Shown here: one piece after another, positions 11,113 through 21,369 of the stretch
Layout of the letters: each line of letters starts with the position of its first letter
Position numbering within the stretch: position 1 is the stretch's first letter
NCBI GenBank assembly: GCA_963668625.2
Contig: CAXXKA010000006.1
Coordinates: forward strand, 704,001 to 768,000
Origin: an uncultured candidate division Zixibacteria bacterium
GTDB taxonomy: Bacteria; Zixibacteria; MSB-5A5; UBA10806; 4484-95
DNA: 64,000 nucleotides
Direction of reading: 5' to 3'
Program-made: the position numbers and the translations under genes
Notes under the pieces: model-generated
Told to the model about the DNA's origin: nothing
Database searches by the model: none
Seen by the model: the letters and a program-made list of their open reading frames with translations, nothing else

Positions 11113-11485
11113 GCTGATAACACCTCCTGGTTCCCAAGCTCCGGGTTTGTTGAAAAACTCACTGAGCAGGAAGGAATCATAGCGAGGACCGGAGAGACAA
11201 AGCAATCTATCTATTAGCAGCACTGCCATTGATAATCTCCCGGTAATGTTGAAAGATTGCTTAGTCGCCTTTACGGGGCTTCTCTCAATGGCGTACGCTA
11301 TTTTGCGAGAATAGCCGGCGTATCCCCAACAATACTTTATTACCGTAAAATCAACACAATCAAAAATCATTTGACTGCCTTAAATATTATTCATAGTATA
11401 GTTATTCAAACAATCATATATTTAGATGTAAATGGGAAGTGAACTAGTTAAGGACATCAAATTCTTAATGAGTAGAGGTGGTTTC

Positions 11486-11977
11486 GTGAAAACTGATGAT
11501 AATTTACAACGTCTGCTTAATAATGTTTCCTCGGCCTCGATCCGTTTCCTGGCTTATGCCGATATCGCCGATGAAGAAGGGTACCATCAAATAGCTAAAC
11601 TATTCCGGGCGATGGCGGAGACACAGAAAGTATACGCCGTTAATGCGATGCGAATAATAGGGGAGATAGGCAAGACAGGTGATAATCTGGCTAATGCTAT
11701 TGATGAGAAAACATATGAATTAACCCAGCTATATCCGACATTTATCGAACAGGCCGACCGGGACGGCAATCCCCAGGCCGCGACCGCTTTAATGGCGGCG
11801 GTAAACACAACCAAAGGGCATGTCAAGGTGTTGAACACCGCCCTTGATAATCTAGGTCGGAACAAAGAATTCTCATACTGGGTATGTGGTATGTGTGGTA
11901 ATCTTGAATCGAGAGAAGAGCCGGCTTCCTGCAGGATTTGCGGGGCTGCCCGGGAGAAATTTATCTCGATAAAATAA
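11486..11977 (+). CDS. Rubrerythrin-like protein with C-terminal rubredoxin domain (di-iron ligands degenerate)
   Basis: ADEEGYHQIAKLFRAMA, LYPTF, CGMCG...CRICG; GTG 11486 follows AGAGGTGG (ORF track starts at 11432). Confidence 0.75.
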   Translation: MKTDDNLQRLLNNVSSASIRFLAYADIADEEGYHQIAKLFRAMAETQKVYAVNAMRIIGEIGKTGDNLANAIDEKTYELTQLYPTFIEQADRDGNPQAATALMAAVNTTKGHVKVLNTALDNLGRNKEFSYWVCGMCGNLESREEPASCRICGAAREKFISIK

Positions 11978-12014
11978 ACAGCCTCGATTGATATCGGTTG
12001 GATAAGGAGTGTAG

Positions 12015-13451
12015 ATGAAACTTAAGCTAAAGTACGGAATTTCGGCAAAAGATGAGGATATCGTTGTTTTTTCTTATCAGGATAAGATAAACAATTTGAA
12101 GCCTGTTCTTCAAAAATATATCATAGCTTCGAATATTCTTACCCGTCTGGGATTTACCGGCAAACGAGATGATGTATTGGAACTTCACCCCACGGATTCT
12201 CACGGCAGTATCATATTCCTGGGATTAGGTGAAAAAGGTAAAAGTAACTCGGAAAACGCTCGCCGCGCCGGTGGCCTACTCGCCGGTATTACGGTTGCCC
12301 GATCGTTAAAGTCAGTCGCGCTGGTCGAGCTGCCCGATCAACAGGATAATCTGGCCGCGTTTGTCGAGGGCCTTATACTGGGCGGCTACGATTTCAATAC
12401 TTTCAAATCAGATAAAAAACCGGAGCCATCCTTAACCCTGGCTTTGAACGGCGAATATAAGAAATTGATATCCGAGATAGAAAAAGCTATGACAGTCGCC
12501 GAGGCTGCCTGCTACGCTCGTGATTTGATCAATACGCCGGCCAATTTCCTGACCCCAACCTCGTATGCGGCCAAAGTCAGAGCGCTGGGAAAGAAATATA
12601 AAATATCCACCAGGGTATATGGTAAAAACGAGATACAGAAATTGAAAATGGGCGCGATGCTGGCGGTAGCCGAGGGCTCGGATCAACAGCCCAAGTTAAT
12701 CACATTCACCTATAACGGTGGCAAAAAAGGCGAGGCGCCGATCGTACTGGTGGGCAAAGGAGTTACATTCGATACCGGAGGTATATCGTTGAAGCCTAAC
12801 TCCGGTATGCAGGATATGAAAAACGATATGGCCGGTTCGGCCACGGTTATTGCCCAGATGATCGTTTTAGGGACTCTAAAACCGAAAATCAACGTGGTGG
12901 GAATCGTTCCGGCGGTGGAGAACATGCCCTCCGGCCGAGCCTTGAAACCAACCGATATAATCACCGCCAGTGACGGCCAGACTATCGAGGTGTTGAATAC
13001 CGATGCCGAGGGCCGTCTTATTTTAGCCGATGGTTTATGTTACGCCCATAAATTCAAACCCAAAGCCATATTGGATATTGCTACCCTGACCGGCGCGGTA
13101 AGGTATGCTCTGGGGCACAATGCCGCCGGTATATTGGGTAAGGATGATAATTTAATCGAAAAATTATACTATATCGGACAGAAAACGGGCGAACGTGTCT
13201 GGCAATTGCCGTTGTGGGATGAATATTACGAACAGATAAAGTCCAATGTCGCGGATATGAAAAATGTCGGAGGACCTGCTGCCGGGACTATTACGGCAGC
13301 GGCGTTTTTGTCTAAATTCGTCAAGGATATTCCCTGGGCGCATATCGATATCGCGGCCATGGATAACCAGGAGGGTTCACACCCATACCAGCCGAAAGGT
13401 GCAACAGGTTACGGAGTGAGACTTCTGGCGGAATTCCTGATGGCGGACTAG
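12015..13451 (+). CDS. pepA: Leucyl aminopeptidase (M17)
   Basis: VGKGVTFDTGG, MKNDMAG, NTDAEGRL, DIATLTGA, WAHIDIA. Confidence 0.95.
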   Translation: MKLKLKYGISAKDEDIVVFSYQDKINNLKPVLQKYIIASNILTRLGFTGKRDDVLELHPTDSHGSIIFLGLGEKGKSNSENARRAGGLLAGITVARSLKSVALVELPDQQDNLAAFVEGLILGGYDFNTFKSDKKPEPSLTLALNGEYKKLISEIEKAMTVAEAACYARDLINTPANFLTPTSYAAKVRALGKKYKISTRVYGKNEIQKLKMGAMLAVAEGSDQQPKLITFTYNGGKKGEAPIVLVGKGVTFDTGGISLKPNSGMQDMKNDMAGSATVIAQMIVLGTLKPKINVVGIVPAVENMPSGRALKPTDIITASDGQTIEVLNTDAEGRLILADGLCYAHKFKPKAILDIATLTGAVRYALGHNAAGILGKDDNLIEKLYYIGQKTGERVWQLPLWDEYYEQIKSNVADMKNVGGPAAGTITAAAFLSKFVKDIPWAHIDIAAMDNQEGSHPYQPKGATGYGVRLLAEFLMAD

Positions 13452-13854
13452 ATTGAAGATTGATTCCCGAAACTTTCGTACTTCAGATACCGGGGAATGA
13501 ATCTAAAAAGCATATATCGAGGGGGAAGGTAACATTTCCTACCCTCTCGATAACCAAAGAGTTTGATTGCGCGAGGATAAATAATTAATTAATTAATACC
13601 CTCCGTTTTATAATTCAGAAGATATTTTCACCGGTTATTAAATCTATTTGTGAAACTAATAAGCAGCTCAATATAATTCCAGTTGTATTAAAGGGAAAAC
13701 CGTGTTAAAAAGTATGTAGTAATGTTTATCTTTTATGAAGATAATTTCTTGACATTGCCGACCATATATTATAGGAAAAAGAAATGTTTATTTGCGCGAA
13801 TTATTTCCGATATCTATAGAGAAAGGACAATAGAATTACGTCGGTAATAAAATA

Positions 13855-15063
13855 ATGATTTTTTTAACAGTGCTGATATCGCTGGCTGCATTCGCTGTAC
13901 TGGCGGTTGTATTATACCTGTATATTTTAGGGCTTAATGGCATTTTCGTATATCGTAACGCCCAATCACCCGTATCATGCGATAATAAAAAATTCCTGGT
14001 GTTCGTGCCTGCTCATGATGAAGCGGTGGTTATACGTCGAGCGGTCGAGTCGATCAGGAATACCGATTACGATCAGTCGCTGATTGATGTCTACGTTATT
14101 GCGGATAACTGCACCGATGCCACTCCCGAGATTGCGAGGGAGGCCGGGGCAGTGCCGTTGGAGAGGCATGATCTCGAGAAATTCGGTAAAGGCTACGCGA
14201 TCGAATGGGCGCTTTCTCAGATAGATATTGATAAGTATGACGCGGTCTCGGTCATTGATGCTGACAATGTTGTCGAGGCAAACTTTTTCAAAGTCAACGC
14301 CGGCTTGTTGGAAAGCGGCAAGGAAATAATCCAATCTTATTTCGGCTATTTCAATGTCGCAAAAACAACTTACTCGTATATTCTATATCTGGCTAACCTG
14401 ATAGAAAATATTTTACTGTACAACTCCAGATCCAGCCTGAACCTTCATGTGTTTTTACGCGGTTCGGGGATGGTTTTCAAAACCGAGGTACTTCATCAGG
14501 TACCCTGGCAGTCGAAATCGATCACCGAGGATGTCAACTATTCGATCGATTTGATCGCTAACGATAAAAAAATTCATTTCACGGCTCTAACCCGGGTCCG
14601 CGAGGAGGCGCTGAATTACATTAATCAGTCATTCAATCAGCGGCTGCGTTATAATACCGGTATCATAAACCTGATTAAGAATAATTGTTTTTCGCTATTC
14701 AAGCTCGGTTTGAAAAAGAAAGATATTCGACTACTCGAATCATCCGTTTCCTTTTTCCTCTTGAGTAAACCGATGCTTTTATTCCTGTCCGTCCTGACAT
14801 TGGCCGTAAACCTTCTGGTCGACGCCGGCGAGCTTATAACTATCATTTCGTTATTCAACATAGTGGCTATCTCCGTATATTTCGGCCTGGGTGTGTTTTT
14901 GAAACCGGAGAAAGGACCGCTGGTGAAAACAATACTGACCATGCCTTTCTATGGTTTATGGCTGATCATCATATACGTACTTTCCTCATTCGGATACAAA
15001 AAAGGCGTATGGGTGAGAACTCCCCGTATGCACGATACGAAGAAGCATCCCCCGATTTTATAA
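13855..15063 (+). CDS. Glycosyltransferase family 2 (membrane, processive-type)
   Basis: VPAHDE, ADNCTD, DAD, TED, QRLRY (QxxRW-like), C-terminal TMs. Confidence 0.88.
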   Translation: MIFLTVLISLAAFAVLAVVLYLYILGLNGIFVYRNAQSPVSCDNKKFLVFVPAHDEAVVIRRAVESIRNTDYDQSLIDVYVIADNCTDATPEIAREAGAVPLERHDLEKFGKGYAIEWALSQIDIDKYDAVSVIDADNVVEANFFKVNAGLLESGKEIIQSYFGYFNVAKTTYSYILYLANLIENILLYNSRSSLNLHVFLRGSGMVFKTEVLHQVPWQSKSITEDVNYSIDLIANDKKIHFTALTRVREEALNYINQSFNQRLRYNTGIINLIKNNCFSLFKLGLKKKDIRLLESSVSFFLLSKPMLLFLSVLTLAVNLLVDAGELITIISLFNIVAISVYFGLGVFLKPEKGPLVKTILTMPFYGLWLIIIYVLSSFGYKKGVWVRTPRMHDTKKHPPIL

Positions 15064-15069
15064 TATCAT

Positions 15070-15783
15070 ATGAAATTATCTAAGAAAATATACCTCACTA
15101 TTGATGACGGACCGTCTCGATATACCGACGAAATAGTTGATTTTTTGAAAGATCGTAATATCCCAGCGATCATGTTTTTTCGAGGAGAAAATATCGCTGA
15201 AAATGAGAACGCCGCCTTATCGGCCATAAGAAACGGATATATCGCCGCCAATCACTCGTATAGTCATCGCTATTTCTCCTCGTTAAAATTAGAGCAGGCT
15301 TATAATGAAATCAGCGAATGCGAAAAACTGATAGAAACTTTATATAGCCGGGCCGGAATCGATAGGAAACTGAAGCTGTTTCGCTTTCCCTATGGCGATA
15401 AGGGCTACCCCTGGACCAGGCTAAATACGGCATTCAAGAAATTCAGCATTAAATACAGATATATTCAAGAGTTTCTTGATGATAACCGGTACGATAAAAT
15501 CGATATCGGAAACATCCAGGCGAATTTATATTATAAATGGCTTTTGGATGATATCGATGTGTTCTGGACTTTCGATACCAACGATTGGCAACTCGGCAAA
15601 ACCGATTTCGGCTACGCTCAACTAGATACCAACCTGGCACGACTTAAAGACCGCCCTAAAGATGATATCATACTCATGCACGACCGTGAGGATACCCCGG
15701 AGCATTTCTTCTATATCATCGAAAAATTAACCGATGAAGGATATCGTTTCGGATTGCCCGAAATCGATGGAAATATATTGTAG
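15070..15783 (+). CDS. Polysaccharide deacetylase (CE4/NodB)
   Basis: LTIDDGP, NHSYSH, FRFPYG, DTNDW, ILMHD. Confidence 0.9.
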   Translation: MKLSKKIYLTIDDGPSRYTDEIVDFLKDRNIPAIMFFRGENIAENENAALSAIRNGYIAANHSYSHRYFSSLKLEQAYNEISECEKLIETLYSRAGIDRKLKLFRFPYGDKGYPWTRLNTAFKKFSIKYRYIQEFLDDNRYDKIDIGNIQANLYYKWLLDDIDVFWTFDTNDWQLGKTDFGYAQLDTNLARLKDRPKDDIILMHDREDTPEHFFYIIEKLTDEGYRFGLPEIDGNIL

Positions 15784-15894
15784 TTATTACGGACTACCAA
15801 ACGCGTTGCCTCATTGAAAAAGGTAACTTTTGGATTAAATACGTTGCCTCACATTTGATGTAACCATAACCAGCTTAAAATCTCTTTCAATTCT

Positions 15895-16179
15895 GTGCCG
15901 GAACGAGTGCTGGGTACCGATATTCCCAGTCCGGGGGAATTTCGCAAGTTAATGCTGGCAAGCGGTATCACCAACAACCCGCACTTAATCATCATGGATG
16001 AGCCGACGAACCATCTGGATTTGCCCTCGATTGAGTGCCTCGAGCGGGCGTTATCGGGCTGTACCTGCGGGCTGTTGCTAGTAAGCCACGATTACCGTTT
16101 CCTCGATTCGTCATGTCAGTCGTACAGGGAGATATCGGAGGTCGATGAAAGCAGGTTCGAGCTGAAAGTGATTGTATGA
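15895..16179 (+). pseudogene. C-terminal fragment of an ABC-F ATPase
   Basis: SPGEFRKL, MDEPTNHLDL, LVSHD present; no Walker A or N-terminal part upstream. Confidence 0.7.
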
Positions 16180-16182
16180 TGC

Positions 16183-16476
16183 GTAGGGGCGTATCGAATA
16201 CGCCCCAGGCAGACTGTATGAGTTGCAGAATCAAGCATCATTACGCAATCAACCGAATCCACCTCAGACTTTCTCTTGTTACGACGCGCCGCTTCGTAAC
16301 GCTGTTAGATATTGGTAGTACAGTTTTATATTGTACAGTGTTATTCAACAAGGCTCCAAAGCAGCGCTTTGGAACCAGGGGGGATGATCCCAGCCGTTAG
16401 GGCGTATCGAATACGCCCCAGGCAGACTGTATGAGTTGCAGAATCAACATCATTACGCAATCAACCGAACCCACCT
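16183..16476. repeat. Two ~81-bp direct repeats headed by a GTAG-type REP (GGGGCGTATCGAATACGCCCC), enclosing a pair of GTT-type REP hairpins
   Basis: 16183-16264 and 16396-16476 are near-identical; internal hairpins at ~16278 and ~16352. Confidence 0.85.
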
Positions 16477-16597
16477 TAACCTTCCGGGCATGAGATGGAG
16501 CACCCTCTCCTCATCTGCCCCTCATTATATGTCAAAAACTATTTGCATTCCCCAAAATCAGAGCTTAAATTCTACCAGAACATAACGAGGGTCAACA

Positions 16598-17218
16598 ATG
16601 AGTATACACGCTTCAGTCATCGAGCAGAAAGATAAGAGCTATAATTTATTGCGCCTCGATTTAATGTCGGTAGTTGAGCTTTTTGGCAACGGAAATCATC
16701 TTAAAAATGAAAACAACCTCATTCAATCGTTGTGGACCACTTATCTTTTCGCTGTCATGATGAACAGCGCGAGCAATCCGGTTTGTGGTGTGGGATGTCC
16801 TTGCTGCAAGGATTTTAAAGGGGGAGAGGCCAGCCTCGGAATACTGGAGAACGCTTGCGTTAAATGTCCCGAGTTCGATACGGTTATGTTCAGTGATAGT
16901 AACGGCTGTGCTAATTATCACACGGTGCAAAACGTACGATACACCAGCCAGAAAAGCGCCGATACCCGGGCGTTATTCGATTTCCTGAAAAATAAACAGA
17001 TAGCTAATAGAGCCAAAGGGCATCACATGTATTTGCTGTTGAATATCGAGCAGAAGATCATATTCGACTATATGTATTTCAACGAGGTGATGTGCCATCT
17101 GGCGGTGCCGTTTTCCAGCATAACCGCGATAGGCCATCAGGGCAGGGATGAAAAATTCCGCTATGTGGGGATACAGATATATCCTGAGGTGGAGGGGCCG
17201 ATTAGGATAGAGTGTTAG
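16598..17218 (+). CDS. Hypothetical protein (Cys-rich insert)
   Basis: 206-aa ORF preceded by GAGGG and a TTGCAT...TAAATT promoter-like pair. Confidence 0.6.
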   Translation: MSIHASVIEQKDKSYNLLRLDLMSVVELFGNGNHLKNENNLIQSLWTTYLFAVMMNSASNPVCGVGCPCCKDFKGGEASLGILENACVKCPEFDTVMFSDSNGCANYHTVQNVRYTSQKSADTRALFDFLKNKQIANRAKGHHMYLLLNIEQKIIFDYMYFNEVMCHLAVPFSSITAIGHQGRDEKFRYVGIQIYPEVEGPIRIEC

Positions 17219-17328
17219 AGGGGTAAAAAGCAAATAATATAATTAAGACTGGTCTTGCAAGTTGGTATTTATCATAGTATCCTAATGAAAGTATTCTATA
17301 TTAGCAGATAAAGGGAGGATGGAAAAGC

Positions 17329-18360
17329 GTGATAACCGAGGCGGAAAAAGACATTCATCTGAATATTGAATTAGAAACATCAGTTAAACTAATTAAACTT
17401 GGTTTTGGAGAGCTTCAAAATTTGAATGCTGCTAATGATTTCTATTTTTTACCTTTTCAACTACTATCAACTGGTTTCGAGAGATTAATGAAATGCCATG
17501 TATGCCTTGGATTTCACAATCAATGCGATAATTATCCTGATAGTGTTTATTTGAAAAAACTTGGACATGATATCATCAAGATAAAGAGCGAGATTATAGA
17601 TAAATATTTTAATCTTTATAACATTCCTGTATTACAAGATGATTATGATTTATTGAAAAATAATGAAGAATTGAATCGTTTACTATCTATACTTTCTGAA
17701 TTTGGAAAATATTCAAGATATTATAATTTGAACATAGTTGCAGGAGAAAATAACAGAACGGTTGATGTAATAGCACTTTGGGAAAAATATCAAATTGATA
17801 TTGTGTCTTCAGTACAAGAATTAAAGGATAAGTTATATAGTATTGAAGCTACAGATGAGATACTTAATTTTGTTAGTAGAAGAATTATTATTCAGCTAGA
17901 AATGTTTACGCGAGCTCTTAGTAGACAATTCACTTTGGGCAAGCTGGGCGAAAAAGCCAGGCAGTTTTCAACTGTTCTATATGAATTTATAGTAATGAAA
18001 AATGATGAACTTGGTAATAATAATTATAGAATTGATACTACCCGGTTTAAAGAAAAGGGCTTTTCTTCAAGAAAAAGGACTTCAAGTGATGATTACCAAA
18101 GAATGTATAATGATAATTTCGATCATATGCTAATAAAAAAAGATGAGTATTCTGGTGATTGGCCATTCTATGCAGATGAAGTGATAATAGAATGCCGTGA
18201 AAAAAATTGGTGCGTTGTTACAATAAACAATATTGATTATGCTCTAAATGGAGCTGCAAAGGGTAGATATAAATTAGAATTTCCTTATGAAGCAGGAATG
18301 GCCATAGTAGGTAAATCAATCGGTCCTTTTATTGATCTGGCTTTAGAATTAGGGGAATAG
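17329..18360 (+). CDS. HEPN-like domain fused to a YebY/DUF2511-like C-terminal domain
   Basis: GFERLMK...LGHDI...SRYYNL; C-term DWPFYADEVIIECR...YALNGAA...KSIGPFIDLALEL; RBS GGGAGG; visibly AT-rich. Confidence 0.6.
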   Translation: MITEAEKDIHLNIELETSVKLIKLGFGELQNLNAANDFYFLPFQLLSTGFERLMKCHVCLGFHNQCDNYPDSVYLKKLGHDIIKIKSEIIDKYFNLYNIPVLQDDYDLLKNNEELNRLLSILSEFGKYSRYYNLNIVAGENNRTVDVIALWEKYQIDIVSSVQELKDKLYSIEATDEILNFVSRRIIIQLEMFTRALSRQFTLGKLGEKARQFSTVLYEFIVMKNDELGNNNYRIDTTRFKEKGFSSRKRTSSDDYQRMYNDNFDHMLIKKDEYSGDWPFYADEVIIECREKNWCVVTINNIDYALNGAAKGRYKLEFPYEAGMAIVGKSIGPFIDLALELGE

Positions 18361-18400
18361 TAAATAATACTTATCCTGAAGTGGAGCTGCTGATTGCCAG

Positions 18401-18514
18401 CGTCAGGATGTCCTCCGTTCCATCCTGACGCATGTGGGCTATACTAAGCTAGTTCCAAAAACTCGAAACGGAGTTTCTTGAGCAATTGTGTTACCAAACA
18501 GAGTTTGGTAACAA
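18401..18514. repeat. REP cluster: GTCAGGATG..CATCCTGAC hairpin plus GTTACCAAAC..GTTTGGTAAC hairpin
   Basis: Palindromes; first family recurs at ~24060, 42616, 42704, 47504, 47591, 57301. Confidence 0.7.
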
Positions 18515-18649
18515 GATCAGAAGGCTCGACATTAATCTCAATACATATAACCCATCACAATAATCTCCAATACCATCTTTAAATCTCAGATAACCCTATA
18601 AATACCAACCGAAACTTGTAATTAATCTTTACAAATTACGAGCGGTTAT

Positions 18650-18713
18650 TTGTGAAATATGTAACAATTTCACCAAAAAATCATTTGACACTTGAAACAT
18701 CTATGACTATTCT
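18650..18713 (+). promoter_or_regulatory. Sigma70 promoter (TTGACA-17-TATTCT) with upstream Rex/CRP-like palindrome TTGTGAAATATGTAACAA
   Basis: -35 at 18685-18690, -10 at 18708-18713, palindrome at 18650-18667. Confidence 0.6.
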
Positions 18714-18753
18714 CAGGTACTGTAACCTAACCCTAAATAGGAGTGGTTGAAGT

Positions 18754-19314
18754 ATGCCGGTAATGCCGGATAAATGGATAATCGACATGGCCGAAAAAAG
18801 CGGCCTCATAGAGCCTTTCGAGCCCGGACAGGTGCGGGAGGGCGTGATATCCTACGGGGTGTCCTCATACGGCTACGATTTCCGCCTGGCTGATGAGTTC
18901 AAAATCCCCGGCAAGCAAAGCGATTCGATCATCGATCCCAAAGCGTTCGATATCGGAGCGTTCGACGATTTCACCGGCGATCACGTTATCATACCGCCGC
19001 GTGGATTTGTCATTGCCCGCACGCTGGAATATTTCCGCATCCCGCGCGATATACTGGCGATCTGCACGGGCAAGTCCACCTACTCGAGAGTTGGCATCAT
19101 GGTTAATTTCTCACCGTTCGAGCCTGAATGGGAGGGACACGCCACGTTCGCAATATCCAATATCACCGATATCCCGGCTAAAGTATACGCCAACGAGGGG
19201 ATAGGGCAGATAATATTCCTGAAAGCCGATGAGGTATGTACTGTGTCATATAAGGATAAAAAAGGCAAGTACCAGGCCCAGAGCGGCATAACCATTTCAA
19301 AAATAGAAAAATAA
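18754..19314 (+). CDS. dcd: dCTP deaminase
   Basis: [38 protein letters not shown]. Confidence 0.95.
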   Translation: MPVMPDKWIIDMAEKSGLIEPFEPGQVREGVISYGVSSYGYDFRLADEFKIPGKQSDSIIDPKAFDIGAFDDFTGDHVIIPPRGFVIARTLEYFRIPRDILAICTGKSTYSRVGIMVNFSPFEPEWEGHATFAISNITDIPAKVYANEGIGQIIFLKADEVCTVSYKDKKGKYQAQSGITISKIEK

Positions 19315-19390
19315 CTTGGAGTTCAATTTAATATTAACGTTTTTAAGTCGAACATAAGTTTAAAGATAATAATTAAGTAAGGAGGATAAA

Positions 19391-19942
19391 TTGAAGGAAT
19401 TGCGTCTACATGGACGCGGAGGCCAGGGAGTCGTAACAGCGGCCGAGCTGGTTGCCCAGGCTGCGTTTGCCGATGGCAAATATTCGCAGGCTTTTCCGTC
19501 ATTTGGTTCGGAAAGAATGGGCGCCCCGGTACAGTCGTTCGTTCGTATCGATGACAAGCAGATCAGGGCACGTAATCAGATTTACTTTCCTGATTTTCTC
19601 ATCGTGCAGGATTCTACCCTGATTGGCACCGTGGATGTTACAGCAGGTCTTAAAGATGATGGTTTAATGATCATCGATACCGAAAAAGACCCATCCGAAC
19701 TTGGTTTGAATATCAAGGCGAAGATTTTAACTATTCCGGCTACGAAAATAGCTATCGAGGTTATCGGTCGTGCTATACAGAACACTACTCTTCTGGGCTA
19801 TTTCGCGGCCGTGACCGAGTTGATATCATTCGATGGCGTGAAAAAGTCGATCGAGCATCGTTTCCCCGCGGCCATCGCGATAAAGAATATCAAAGCAGTA
19901 GAGAGAGCATTCGATTTCGCAAAGGAGGGCGCCCATGTCTAA
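19391..19942 (+). CDS. porC: Pyruvate/2-oxoacid:ferredoxin oxidoreductase gamma subunit
   Basis: HGRGGQG, FGSERMGAP. Confidence 0.92.
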   Translation: MKELRLHGRGGQGVVTAAELVAQAAFADGKYSQAFPSFGSERMGAPVQSFVRIDDKQIRARNQIYFPDFLIVQDSTLIGTVDVTAGLKDDGLMIIDTEKDPSELGLNIKAKILTIPATKIAIEVIGRAIQNTTLLGYFAAVTELISFDGVKKSIEHRFPAAIAIKNIKAVERAFDFAKEGAHV

Positions 19943-20192
19943 ACCTACATTGATAGCCGTTGGCCCGGGTACCTCGAAAGCGAATAAAACCGGTAGCTGG
20001 AGAATCAACGTACCGGTATTTAAACATGATACCTGCAACGATTGCCGCATTTGTGTGCTGGTTTGCCCCGATGCCTGTATTTTCGGGCAGGATCACAAAT
20101 ACAATGCCGAACTTGATTATTGTAAAGGCTGCGGAATCTGTGCTTATGAGTGTCCAGTCGATGATATTGATATGATTTTGGAGGTTAAATAA
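19935..20192 (+). CDS. porD: Oxidoreductase delta subunit (2x[4Fe-4S])
   Basis: KTGSWR, CNDCRICVLVCP, CKGCGICAYECP. Confidence 0.92.
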   Translation: MSKPTLIAVGPGTSKANKTGSWRINVPVFKHDTCNDCRICVLVCPDACIFGQDHKYNAELDYCKGCGICAYECPVDDIDMILEVK

Positions 20193-21367
20193 TGAGCAGA
20201 CAGTTTATCGAGGGTTCGATGGCCGTCTCTCAGTCGGTCAAATTATGCCGTCCCGATGTTATAGCGGCTTATCCGATTACGCCTCAAACCCACATAGTAG
20301 AATTTTTAGCGCAAATTTGCGCCAATGACGAACTACCGAAAAGCCAGTTTATCAATGTCGAATCCGAATTCGGCGCCGCCTCGGTGGTGTTGGGCGCCTC
20401 AGCGGTAGGCGCGCGCGCCTATTCGGCCACTACCGCCCAGGGCCTTCTGCTGATGGCTGAGGTACTTTACAACCTCGCCGGCATGAGACTACCGGTAGTG
20501 CTGACTATCGCCAATCGGGCGATATCGGCTCCGATCAATATCTGGAACGATCACTCCGACGCCGTGGTTATCCGCGATGGCGGCCTGATCATGCTATTTG
20601 CCGAGGATGCCCAGGAGCTTATGGACATGCATCCCCAGGCATTCAAAATCGCTGAGAATCCCGAAATCATGCTGCCGACCACGGTCAACATGGATGGATT
20701 CATCCTGACCCATAATTTCGAGCCTGTCGATGTTCTCGAGCAGAAAACAGTCGATGATTTCCTGCCGAAATATGCGCCGGAGCTCAAACTCGATATCAAC
20801 GATCCCAAAACGATGGGTCTTCTGGCCGAGCCTACCTGGTACATGGAAAACCGCTACCAGATCAAAGAGACGATGGATGACGCTATGCCGGTCATCGAGC
20901 AGACAGCACGCGATTTCGAGAAGATCACCGGTCGCTGGTACGGTGGCCTGATCGATACCTATCGTATGGAGGATGCCGAGACCGCGTTCGTGGCTATGGG
21001 TTCTCTCATCGGTACGTTGAAAGACGTAGTCGATACTCTTCGCGAGAAAGGCGAGAAAGTCGGTATCATAAAAATAAGATCATTCCGGCCGTTCCCGCAT
21101 GAAAAAATCCGCGAGGCCGCGTCCAATGTCAAGAGACTGGTCGTGTTCGATAAATCGTACTCGTTCGGTTTCGGAACGATACTGCAGCAAGAATTGATGA
21201 GCACGTTCTATGCTCAGAAACATCAGCCGGAGATCTCCGGATTCGTGGTCGGTTTGGGTGGACGAGATATTCCGCCTCAATCGTTAATTGATAGCTACAA
21301 CAAAGCCAACAAAGGCGAGGTCAGAAACGAGTTCGTCGATCTCAGGCTTGATGTGGTGGGGAGGTAA
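20192..21367 (+). CDS. porA: Oxidoreductase alpha subunit
   Basis: AYPITPQT, VESEFG, NRAISAPINIWNDH, GLGGRDI. Confidence 0.93.
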   Translation: MSRQFIEGSMAVSQSVKLCRPDVIAAYPITPQTHIVEFLAQICANDELPKSQFINVESEFGAASVVLGASAVGARAYSATTAQGLLLMAEVLYNLAGMRLPVVLTIANRAISAPINIWNDHSDAVVIRDGGLIMLFAEDAQELMDMHPQAFKIAENPEIMLPTTVNMDGFILTHNFEPVDVLEQKTVDDFLPKYAPELKLDINDPKTMGLLAEPTWYMENRYQIKETMDDAMPVIEQTARDFEKITGRWYGGLIDTYRMEDAETAFVAMGSLIGTLKDVVDTLREKGEKVGIIKIRSFRPFPHEKIREAASNVKRLVVFDKSYSFGFGTILQQELMSTFYAQKHQPEISGFVVGLGGRDIPPQSLIDSYNKANKGEVRNEFVDLRLDVVGR

Positions 21368-21369
21368 TC

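Noticed and set aside
15804-15865. Twin CGTTGCCTCA direct repeat as an operator or att site
   Set aside because: Only 10 bp, two copies, uneven internal spacing and no associated recombinase or regulator
16183-16476. CRISPR array or integron attC sites
   Set aside because: Only two long copies, no regular repeat-spacer period, no properly paired RYYYAAC/GTTRRRY boxes, no cas or intI
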